DNA of 42,030 bases from Candidatus Daviesbacteria bacterium RIFCSPHIGHO2_01_FULL_40_11 (GTDB lineage Bacteria; Patescibacteriota; Microgenomatia; Daviesbacterales; UBA10151): assembly GCA_001776635.1 (NCBI GenBank), contig MFCP01000021.1, positions 1 through 42,030 on the forward strand, in the 5' to 3' direction. The first letter of the stretch is position 1; each line of letters starts with the position of its first letter. Below are positions 19,600 to 27,225 of the stretch, piece by piece. Position numbers and translations under genes: made by a program. The notes beneath the pieces were generated by a model that worked only from the letters and a program-made list of their open reading frames with translations, had not been told where the DNA came from and made no database searches.

Positions 19600-20471
19600 A
19601 GTATTGCTCCCGGACTTGCCATAAATAGACTGCCTGCTGCGAGAGAAAGTAATGCCATATGGGCAATATTATGCGAAGTGAACCTAAAAACTCCTCTTCT
19701 TTTTAGCACCCAAACATCAACCGTTAACAAAATAGCAATCAAGAAAATGACTGAAAGGCCTGCTACTTTAGATACTGCATATGGGTTTATTAATACATTT
19801 GTATTTGGTCTAGTCTCTGTGACCGTAAGGGCCAGTGTCGGTTTGTTTGTCAAATCCTCTTCCGGTACTGTAATTTGTCTTCCTTGGACTTCCATACTAG
19901 GCTTAGCTGCAATATTTGAGGCAGTACCAAATTCCTGGACTACTAAAATAGTTTTTTGCCCATTTAAATTTCCTTCTGCTACTGCTATTCCGATATCTTG
20001 ATATTTAGGATTTAAAAGGTTATCCCGATGGGTAGGGGACGCCATCCAAGCTTTGACCACAGCATCGGAAGAAGTGAAATTTTTTGCCAAATTCTCGCCA
20101 GCAAAAGTAAATTTATAACCAGCATTTAAGATAAAATCCCAAGGGGTCTTCCCAGAAGGGGCAAAATGAGCCCAATAATTCTCTGAAAACATATTTTGGG
20201 CTTTGGCAGCTGCTGCTTGATCTAAGGCGCCGTTTTCAGAAACAGGCGGCAGTCCCTTTTTTTGCCTTTCAATATTAGTCAGCTCAATCAGCTTTTTTTG
20301 GTCAATATTTCCAGCAATCCCTAAAACTCCAGGTTCTACATAGCCCACTATAGAAAAACCTACCTGCAGTAAAATAAAAAGAAGGATATATATAACTAGG
20401 CCTTCCCAAGAGATTAAGTGAGCTTTTTTATGGGTGTCTTTATGAGGTAAAAACCAGTTTTGCCAAACCAT
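19596..20471 (-). CDS. Membrane-anchored CAP (SCP/YkwD-like) domain protein
   Basis: N-terminal TM; LTNIERQKKGL, YWAHFAPSG, AGENLA, AWMASPTHRDNLLNP, DIGIAV; two C-terminal TMs. Confidence 0.88.
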   Translation of the reverse strand: MVWQNWFLPHKDTHKKAHLISWEGLVIYILLFILLQVGFSIVGYVEPGVLGIAGNIDQKKLIELTNIERQKKGLPPVSENGALDQAAAAKAQNMFSENYWAHFAPSGKTPWDFILNAGYKFTFAGENLAKNFTSSDAVVKAWMASPTHRDNLLNPKYQDIGIAVAEGNLNGQKTILVVQEFGTASNIAAKPSMEVQGRQITVPEEDLTNKPTLALTVTETRPNTNVLINPYAVSKVAGLSVIFLIAILLTVDVWVLKRRGVFRFTSHNIAHMALLSLAAGSLFMASPGAIL

Positions 20472-20477
20472 ATAGAA

Positions 20478-20486
20478 AGTATATCA
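20478..20486 (-). promoter_or_regulatory. Extended -10 TGATATACT, 6 nt upstream of the CAP gene ATG
   Basis: TGATATACT-TTCTAT-ATG. Confidence 0.65.
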
Positions 20487-20508
20487 TTGTTAGGAAGAAA
20501 CATTCACT

Positions 20509-20544
20509 AGTACCAAAATTACGCAATTGCGGAAAAATGGTACC
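20509..20544. repeat. 36-bp imperfect palindrome, copy 1 (REP- or terminator-like)
   Basis: AGTACCAAAATTACGCAATTGCGGAAAAATGGTACC; 30/36 identical (hand alignment) to the reverse complement of 31249-31284; directly after the tsaB stop. Confidence 0.75.
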
Positions 20545-20846
20545 TAATAATTCAGTTGGGTCTCAAACTTCTTACCGTTAACTGTAATTCCAAGGGCAAA
20601 GCCCAGAGCGTTTGCAACAGACACCCCTACCCGAAGTCCGGTAAAAGACCCAGGCCCGGTTTCAACTTCTACCCCTTGCAGAGTTTTGAGTTCAGAGCTC
20701 GTAGTTCTTAGTAATTTGAAAATCAATGGCAAAAGCACTTGTGACCCATACTCCCGACTTTCACTTAAACTCTTCACTGCTTTACCCTCCTTTTTCAGGG
20801 AAACCCTAATAATCTTTTGGCTTTTGGTATCAATATGCAAAATCAT
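20544..20846 (-). CDS. tsaB: Short (100 aa) TsaB/YeaZ-family protein, N-terminal domain only
   Basis: MILHIDT, SQVLLPLI, GPGSFTGLRVGVSVANAL. ATG 20846 chosen because TGTTAAGAT (20853-20861) lies 6 nt upstream. Confidence 0.85.
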   Translation of the reverse strand: MILHIDTKSQKIIRVSLKKEGKAVKSLSESREYGSQVLLPLIFKLLRTTSSELKTLQGVEVETGPGSFTGLRVGVSVANALGFALGITVNGKKFETQLNY

Positions 20847-20960
20847 GTTCACATCTTAACATCTTAAGTTAGTCTTTAAAATTATCCTATAGTTGAATAC
20901 TCCAGTTTTGGTAAAATTCGTTCCTAATTAATGTCAACTTTAGCTTAGAAGGATATTTAC

Positions 20961-21203
20961 TTAAATCGTATCACAGACTTGTCGCAGCCTTACAGAAAGA
21001 GGACTTGGAACAGAGCGGAAAGGTAACTGATAACCTCCTCTATCGTCAACAGATCCGTCTTTTAATACTGAGCCAGGGTTAGCCGGCAAGCTGTCGACAG
21101 AAGATGCAGTTCTACCTACAAGTGCTGACACCGTTGATACCCTTATACCTCTAATATCAGGCACCCTACCCATATTAGACAAACATTCAGGACTTCTACC
21201 CAT
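20961..21203 (-). CDS. Orphan 80-aa ORF, hypothetical
   Basis: Occupies an otherwise empty spacer and follows a TTGACG-17-TAGAAT promoter; no recognisable motif. Confidence 0.4.
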   Translation of the reverse strand: MGRSPECLSNMGRVPDIRGIRVSTVSALVGRTASSVDSLPANPGSVLKDGSVDDRGGYQLPFRSVPSPLSVRLRQVCDTI

Positions 21204-21214
21204 ATTAAGTAACT

Positions 21215-21243
21215 ATTCTATTTCCTCTTTAATCATTCGTCAA
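21215..21243 (-). promoter_or_regulatory. Near-consensus sigma70 promoter TTGACG-17-TAGAAT
   Basis: -35 at 21243-21238, -10 at 21220-21215, 11 nt before ATG 21203. Confidence 0.6.
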
Positions 21244-21256
21244 GACCACAAATTCC

Positions 21257-21265
21257 TGCTATAAT
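21257..21265 (+). promoter_or_regulatory. Perfect extended -10 TGCTATAAT, 6 nt upstream of the prfB ATG
   Basis: TGCTATAAT-TTCCGC-ATG; no Shine-Dalgarno. Confidence 0.75.
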
Positions 21266-21271
21266 TTCCGC

Positions 21272-22342
21272 ATGGATGAGATAAAAAACCAATTAGAAGA
21301 GGTCGAAGTGAGATTTGAGAAAGTTTCAGAATCAATAAATCGGGATAGTTTACGAAGAGAAATTAGGGAGTTGGAAGCCGAAACTATGAAAGAAGGCTTC
21401 TGGAGTAGTCCCGAGGAGTCTTCAGCTATCAGTCGGAAGCTTAGTGATAAACAGAAAACGCTTACTGTCCTGAATAATTTGGAATCCAGGATTAACAACG
21501 CTATTGAGATTTCAGAAGAATCTTCCATGCAGGAAGATCTCAAAAAAGAAGTTAGCGAGATCACAAAAGAATTAGATAAATTAGAACTGAAGTTATTTTT
21601 AGCAAAACCACACGATGAATCCGAAGCAATTTTATCTGTCCACTCAGGAGCCGGTGGGGTTGAGGCCATGGATTGGGCCTCCATGTTAGTCCGGATGTAC
21701 CAGCGATATTTTGATAAATCAGGATGGAAATATGAAGTGACGGATGAAAATCCGGGTGAGGAGGCCGGCATAAAAACAGTTTCCATGATCGTCCACGAAC
21801 CCTTTGCTTTCGGCTACCTAAAAGGTGAAGCAGGAACACACAGGTTGGTAAGACAATCCCCTTTCAATGCGGATAACTTAAGACAAACCTCTTTTGCTTT
21901 AGTTGAAGTATTACCGGTAATAAGTGCCCAAGAAGCTGAGATCAATGAATCCGATGTAGAATTTGAAGCTTTCAGAAGCGGTGGCGCCGGAGGGCAAAAT
22001 GTCAATAAAGTTTCCACTGCAGTAAGACTAAAACATATCCCTACCGGCACTGTAGTGACTGCCCAAACCGAGAGATCGCAATTGCAAAATAGGGAAAATG
22101 CCATGAAACTCCTGATGGCAAAGTTATGGGCCCTAAAACAAGCTCAGGGTAAAGAAGTAGAACGGCAATTGAAGGGTGGCAAAACTTTAGGATCCTGGGG
22201 AACACAAATCCGCTCTTATGTCCTACATCCTTATCATATGATCAAAGACCTCCGAACCAATGTGGAAACCTCTAATACAGATGCCGTATTAGATGGGGAT
22301 CTAAATGCCTTCCTTGAAGCAGAGCTCAAAATGGTGGCTTAA
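21272..22342 (+). CDS. prfB: Peptide chain release factor 2
   Basis: GAGGVEAMDWA, HRLVRQSPF (SPF recognition motif), GAGGQNVNK, WGTQIRSYVLHPY; continuous ORF. Confidence 0.96.
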   Translation: MDEIKNQLEEVEVRFEKVSESINRDSLRREIRELEAETMKEGFWSSPEESSAISRKLSDKQKTLTVLNNLESRINNAIEISEESSMQEDLKKEVSEITKELDKLELKLFLAKPHDESEAILSVHSGAGGVEAMDWASMLVRMYQRYFDKSGWKYEVTDENPGEEAGIKTVSMIVHEPFAFGYLKGEAGTHRLVRQSPFNADNLRQTSFALVEVLPVISAQEAEINESDVEFEAFRSGGAGGQNVNKVSTAVRLKHIPTGTVVTAQTERSQLQNRENAMKLLMAKLWALKQAQGKEVERQLKGGKTLGSWGTQIRSYVLHPYHMIKDLRTNVETSNTDAVLDGDLNAFLEAELKMVA

Positions 22343-22466
22343 ATAACAGTACAGACTTCGTACTGGACTTTTCGTGAGGAATACTTAATAACAGATACTG
22401 TGCAATCAGAGAAGTCCAAAACTTCAGGGTAGACAAATTACTCATTTTATGGTTAATATAGACTAT

Positions 22467-22910
22467 ATGGATCAACAGACAAAATTAGAAGAAAAGATCA
22501 CCAAACCAATAGTGAGTCTAGAAAACCCTATGCGTACCATTTTAGGGGTAGTGATTGCCGCACTAGTTTTGGGTACTCTGACAGGATATCTTCTCTCAAC
22601 CAAATCTAGTGGCTCAAAAGTTTCCTCTCTTGTGGCAGGAAAGGCAAAGAGCGCGGAACAAGATACCACAACCTTCAGGGACTTCGCGGAAGGTGTTATC
22701 AAAGCCAAACCTCAACCTTCTGATCCTGAAGAAAATACCGAAGGAACGCATTTACTTATAAGAGAAGGTGCTGTTCCTGTAACCTTAACTTCATCTGTGA
22801 TAGATTTATCAAAATACGAAGGTAAAAAAGTCAAGGTTTTTGGTGAAACTCAGGCAGTACCTAGAGTAGAATGGTTCATGGATGTTGGTAAAGTAGAAGA
22901 AATTAAGTAA
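22467..22910 (+). CDS. Single-TM protein with a small beta-rich (OB-fold-like) C-terminal domain, hypothetical
   Basis: TM ILGVVIAALVLGTLTGYLL; THLL...LTSSVIDLSKYEGKKVKVFG. Start at ATG 22467 supported by TAGACA-18-TAATAT ending 7 nt upstream. Confidence 0.75.
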   Translation: MDQQTKLEEKITKPIVSLENPMRTILGVVIAALVLGTLTGYLLSTKSSGSKVSSLVAGKAKSAEQDTTTFRDFAEGVIKAKPQPSDPEENTEGTHLLIREGAVPVTLTSSVIDLSKYEGKKVKVFGETQAVPRVEWFMDVGKVEEIK

Positions 22911-22936
22911 TCATCCACTACGACCTTAAAATCTGT

Positions 22937-23611
22937 ATGATTCATTTTAATTCTGTCTCAAAGAAGTTTGGTTCATCTCTTGCCTTAGAGGACATCTCGT
23001 TGGAAATCAAACAAGGCGAATTTGTCTTTATTGTCGGGCCATCCGGTGCAGGTAAATCCACGCTTCTTCGCATTCTTACAAGAGAACTTTTGCCTACAAA
23101 CGGTGAAATCTTGGTGGGTAAAGTAGATATTACTAAAATTAAGGATCGTGACGTACCTCATTTTAGAAGAAAAGTTGGTATAGTCTTCCAAGATTTTAAA
23201 TTATTAGATGATAGGACCGTTTTTGAAAATGTGGCTTTAACTTTAGAAGTACAGAATAAGTCTGACGAGGAGATCCAGAAGATGGTTGAACATACCCTAA
23301 AATTGGTAGAGATTTGGGGGCAAAGGAATCTCTTCCCAAGACAACTATCAGGAGGAGAAGCTCAAAGAACCGCCATTGCTAGAGCTGTAGTTGGCAAACC
23401 GGATATAGTTTTGGCTGATGAACCAACCGGAGATTTAGACCCTAAAACTGCTTGGGGAGTAATTCAGCTTCTAAATGAGATAAACTCCTGGGGCACCACA
23501 ATTTTAATGGCCACTCACAATCAAGAAATTGTTAATACCTTAAAAAGAAGAGTAATAAAACTTAAAGCAGGTAAAATAGTTAGTGATACTAAAGAAGGAA
23601 AATATGATTAG
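22937..23611 (+). CDS. ftsE: Cell division ABC ATPase FtsE
   Basis: GPSGAGKST, VFQDFKLL, LSGGEAQR, LADEPTGDLD, ATHN; followed by ftsX. Confidence 0.92.
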   Translation: MIHFNSVSKKFGSSLALEDISLEIKQGEFVFIVGPSGAGKSTLLRILTRELLPTNGEILVGKVDITKIKDRDVPHFRRKVGIVFQDFKLLDDRTVFENVALTLEVQNKSDEEIQKMVEHTLKLVEIWGQRNLFPRQLSGGEAQRTAIARAVVGKPDIVLADEPTGDLDPKTAWGVIQLLNEINSWGTTILMATHNQEIVNTLKRRVIKLKAGKIVSDTKEGKYD

Positions 23612-24476
23612 AGCAATCGCGTTTACGAAAAGGAATATAAGGCGTACGCCTTTCCAAGCATTGGCCGCTTCAATGGTGATGTTTTTAACATTCTTAGTGC
23701 TGCAGATTTTTGTAATTCTGGCAGCTGGATCGCAAACTTCTTTACGTTATTTTGAGAGCAAGCCTCAAGTAATCGCCTTTTTTAAGGATGGTATCAGTAG
23801 TCAAGATATATCTGCTATAGAAAATGCGCTGCAACAGGAAGGAAGAGTCACCAATACAAAATTCGTTTCCAAAGAGGATGCTCTACAAATTTATCGGGAG
23901 AGGAATAAGAACGACCCGATGTTACTGGAACTTGTAACTGCCAGTATTTTACCTGCGTCACTGGAAATTTCCACCCAAAGCCCACAAGATCTGGCTCCAG
24001 TTGCCGAGATTCTAAAAAAGGAGCCTGTTATATCGGATGTGATAGTTCCGGAAGATCTTGTGACGACCTTGACATCGGTCACCAGAATTATCAGAACTGT
24101 AGGTGTAGCCACTGTCGGATTCTTAATGGTTTTTGCAACCTTAGTAATAATCATGATTATTGGTTTTAAAATAAGGTTAAAAAGAACGGAGATAGAAATT
24201 ATGAGGCTACTGGGAGCATCCTCTTCCTTCGTCCGAACCCCCTTCATTTTAGAAGGATTATTTTATGGTTTGACAGGAACTGCCTTAGCTTGGGTTATTA
24301 GTTATGGTTTGCTTTGGTATTTCACACCATTTTTGCAAGGGTATCTGGGAGAGGTCAAGCTACTGCCGGTTAACCCACTATTTATGTTGGCGCTTCTGGG
24401 AGGAAGTTTAGCTTTGGCTTGTTTTGTGGGAGGATTAGGTTCAATTGCAGCTGTCAGGCGATATTTAAAAATCTGA
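23604..24476 (+). CDS. ftsX: Cell division permease FtsX
   Basis: TM1, external loop with FVSKEDAL...LPASLEI, three further TMs, EIEIMRLLGAS...RTPFILEG, AVRRYLKI; start at ATG 23604. Confidence 0.92.
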   Translation: MIRAIAFTKRNIRRTPFQALAASMVMFLTFLVLQIFVILAAGSQTSLRYFESKPQVIAFFKDGISSQDISAIENALQQEGRVTNTKFVSKEDALQIYRERNKNDPMLLELVTASILPASLEISTQSPQDLAPVAEILKKEPVISDVIVPEDLVTTLTSVTRIIRTVGVATVGFLMVFATLVIIMIIGFKIRLKRTEIEIMRLLGASSSFVRTPFILEGLFYGLTGTALAWVISYGLLWYFTPFLQGYLGEVKLLPVNPLFMLALLGGSLALACFVGGLGSIAAVRRYLKI

Positions 24477-24485
24477 TGAACCCTG

Positions 24486-25676
24486 ATGAAAAAGTTACTA
24501 CTATTTCTTTTAGTATTTAGTTTTGTCACTTTTGTTTCCCTATACCCTATACCCTATACCCTATACCCTATTTATGCTCAGTCTACGGATGAACTAGCTC
24601 AGCAACTTAAGGACAAGCAAGCAGAAATTCAAAAACTGGAAGCTCAACTTGCCGAGGCTAAAAATCAAGAGAAAACCTTAAAATCCCAACTTAATCTCAT
24701 TGACGGACAAACTAAAGTTACCGAATTAAAAATCGAGGAAACAAATTTAAAAATAGAAAAACTCAAAAGAGAAATCTCTGATCTTTCAACAAGGATTAAC
24801 AGGATTGGTGCCACGCTGGATTCATTATCGGAAATTTTGCTTCAAAGAATCATTCAAACTTATAAATATAGTAATGCCGTTTCCACAATTGACCTCCTTT
24901 TCTCATCTCACGGATTCGCAGATTTGATAGAGAGGCTCAAGTATATCCAGGTTGCCCAAGCCTATGACAAGAAAAAATTATACGAACTTCAAGCCACAAA
25001 GCTTGCCTACAATGACCAAAAGCAGGATAAAGTAACCAGACAAACCGAGGCTGAAAAATTAAATAAGGATTTGGAAGTTTACAAACAACAACTTGACGAG
25101 CAAAAGAAAACTAAAGATGAGCTGCTGAAAGTTACAAAAAATGATGAAGCCCGCTACCAAACTTTAATAGTCCAACTCAAAGCTGATACAGATTCAATAA
25201 GACGCGCTTTAAGCGGAGCGGGTGTGAAAAAGGGACCCGTTAAAAGAGGGGAGACAATTGCCGTTGTAGGAAATTCAGGTTGTTCAACAGGATCGCATTT
25301 GCATTTTGAAGTAATGAACAATGCCAAGGTGGAAAATAATACGGTAGTTGGGCGTGAGAATAAAGTTGATCCAAAACCCTTTTTAGATTCAGGGCAATTT
25401 GAAAAACCCCTGGCAAGTTATGATGGCAGTGAATGCGGATCATCTTGTAGGGTAGGACAAATTAGTACTAAATTCGGGGAAATATACTTTTTAGGCGAAC
25501 ATAAGGGTTTAGATATAGCAGAATATGCCGGAACTCCAATTAGAGCCGCCGCTGATGGAGTAGCTTATGAATTTTCCGATTCAAGTGCCTGTTATTTAAC
25601 CGGAACGGTAGGGAGAGGTGTCGTGATAGACCACGACAATAGCGATTACGTAACTTTGTATTGGCATATCCCCTAG
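24486..25676 (+). CDS. Secreted coiled-coil peptidoglycan hydrolase (EnvC/CwlO-like stalk) with a circularly permuted M23 domain
   Basis: Signal peptide, about 200-aa coiled coil, then VKRGETIAVVGNSGCSTGSHLHFEV before HKGLDIAEYAGTPIRAAADG and VTLYWH; directly after ftsEX. Confidence 0.85.
   Translation: MKKLLLFLLVFSFVTFVSLYPIPYTLYPIYAQSTDELAQQLKDKQAEIQKLEAQLAEAKNQEKTLKSQLNLIDGQTKVTELKIEETNLKIEKLKREISDLSTRINRIGATLDSLSEILLQRIIQTYKYSNAVSTIDLLFSSHGFADLIERLKYIQVAQAYDKKKLYELQATKLAYNDQKQDKVTRQTEAEKLNKDLEVYKQQLDEQKKTKDELLKVTKNDEARYQTLIVQLKADTDSIRRALSGAGVKKGPVKRGETIAVVGNSGCSTGSHLHFEVMNNAKVENNTVVGRENKVDPKPFLDSGQFEKPLASYDGSECGSSCRVGQISTKFGEIYFLGEHKGLDIAEYAGTPIRAAADGVAYEFSDSSACYLTGTVGRGVVIDHDNSDYVTLYWHIP
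24538..24571 (+). repeat. Heptamer tandem repeat (CCCTATA)4 CCCTAT in the signal-peptide coding region
   Basis: Read directly; encodes SLYPIPYTLYPI. Confidence 0.92.
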
Positions 25677-25691
25677 TGTTACTATAAAGAT

Positions 25692-26810
25692 GTGTTGGCA
25701 ATCTTTCTGGGACTGCTAAGTTTATTGGTTTTTGCTAAACCAGTTATAGCTGGAGAACCGCCAACCCAGATAAGTCCTAGTAACAATTCTACTGTTTCCT
25801 CTTCAACTCTTAATTGGCAAGCCCCCTCGTATCAACTTTACTCCCCAAATCCTTACAGAGTGCAAGTTGATGACGATTCAACATTCTCAAGTTTAAACAA
25901 GGATTATTACACTAATAATACTTATTACACTCCTACTCTAAATCCAGGAACTTGGTTTTGGAGAATAAAAGCAAAGGATATATCTGGCACATGGAGCGAT
26001 TGGAGTGCTACCTGGTCATTTATTTTAGCAACCTCAATGCCTTCGTCTTCTCCAACCCCATCAGTACCACCTAATCAATCGCCATCCTCAACTCCTCCGC
26101 CTTCCTCCGTATCCCAACCTACATCCTCCTTTGTAATTTCAAACACTCCATCCCAAATAGATTCCGATCAATCTTTTAACGTCTCCATAAGTTTATCATT
26201 ACCTGATAGTCATAATACTGACTTATATCTGAAGGGAGCTTTTAAGAAACCAGACAGTTCTAATTACTTTGGACAAACAAAAGTTTCGGGGAGCTGGGTA
26301 AAAAATGGTAGTAGTTATTCCAGTCAATATCCCATTACCACAGATAGCTCAGGCAATTGGTCGGGCAATTTAGAGATACAACCTGATAGTGACGATTCTG
26401 GTTTTACCGGAACCGGCGACTACATCTTTAAAGTAGGCAGATACACCTCTTCCGGCTCAGGCCCTACTTGGAGTAATGAATCAACCATTAAAATAATATC
26501 TCTCGGAAACAATGACCAGGACAGTGTTTCAACAAACAGCCCCTCCTCTACAACCAACCCATCCACCTCTCCATCGTCTGTTAAGACAAAGACAACCAGT
26601 TCAAGTCAATCGAAAAGTTACGATACACTTGTCTATCGTAGTGCCTCCGTAGCCGGAGCGAGTGCATCTGCCATACCGGAATCTAAAATTGAAGTTAAAA
26701 ATCAAAAACAGACAAATCCAATGGTTTGGATCGGATTAATTTTCATATTTGCCGGAATCGGGTCAATAGGATATATTTACTTAAAGAAAAATGGCAAAAT
26801 ACCTTTCTAG
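25692..26810 (+). CDS. Surface protein: signal peptide, FN3/Ig-like domains, Ser/Thr/Pro-rich linkers, C-terminal TM anchor
   Basis: LNWQ...YRVQVDDDSTFS...WFWRIKAKD...WSDWS (FN3-like); two S/T/P-rich tracts; WIGLIFIFAGIGSIGYIYLKK. TGTTACTAT (25677-25685) lies 6 nt before the GTG. Confidence 0.8.
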   Translation: MLAIFLGLLSLLVFAKPVIAGEPPTQISPSNNSTVSSSTLNWQAPSYQLYSPNPYRVQVDDDSTFSSLNKDYYTNNTYYTPTLNPGTWFWRIKAKDISGTWSDWSATWSFILATSMPSSSPTPSVPPNQSPSSTPPPSSVSQPTSSFVISNTPSQIDSDQSFNVSISLSLPDSHNTDLYLKGAFKKPDSSNYFGQTKVSGSWVKNGSSYSSQYPITTDSSGNWSGNLEIQPDSDDSGFTGTGDYIFKVGRYTSSGSGPTWSNESTIKIISLGNNDQDSVSTNSPSSTTNPSTSPSSVKTKTTSSSQSKSYDTLVYRSASVAGASASAIPESKIEVKNQKQTNPMVWIGLIFIFAGIGSIGYIYLKKNGKIPF

Positions 26811-27225
26811 CTCGGAAAAGCAGACACAACAAATAGCACGGCAATTGGCAAAAATGGTTCGACAAGCTCACCATAAAAGAAAGGTATTTGCTTTAACCGG
26901 CGAGCTCGGAGCCGGCAAGACTATTTTTGTCCAGGGATTTGCAAAAGGATTAGGAATTAAAGACAAAATTATCTCACCTACTTTTATTTTAATCAGGCAA
27001 CATAAAATTCCTGATACAACACAAACTCTTTATCATATAGACCTGTACCGCTTAGAGGATACGAAAGATTTTAGACATATGGGACTTAAAGAAATTTTAT
27101 CAGATCCAAATAATATTGTTTTAATTGAATGGGCAGAAAAAGCAAAAGAACTTTTGCCAAAAAATACTGTCAAGATAAACATCTCTAAAGGGGACGACCA
27201 AAATAGAGTCATTGCTATTTCTTAA
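26791..27225 (+). CDS. tsaE: t6A biosynthesis ATPase TsaE
   Basis: LTGELGAGKT, ISPTF, HIDLYRL, LIEWAE. Confidence 0.93.
   Translation: MAKYLSSSEKQTQQIARQLAKMVRQAHHKRKVFALTGELGAGKTIFVQGFAKGLGIKDKIISPTFILIRQHKIPDTTQTLYHIDLYRLEDTKDFRHMGLKEILSDPNNIVLIEWAEKAKELLPKNTVKINISKGDDQNRVIAIS
26854..26874 (-). repeat. 21-bp REP-like palindrome inside tsaE, in frame (encodes MVRQAHH on +)
   Basis: Minus strand reads ATGGT-GA-G-CTTGT-C-GA-ACCAT. Confidence 0.65.

Noticed and set aside
20915..21082. Plus-strand open frame reading ...EGYLLKSYHRLVAALQKEDLEQSGK...
   Set aside because: Looks protein-like but has no ATG/GTG start near its 5' end and overlaps the promoter-supported minus-strand ORF; cannot be supported
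21259..22104. Minus-strand ORFs of 175, 92 and 96 aa over prfB
   Set aside because: Antisense to a conserved gene, with no motifs or expression signals
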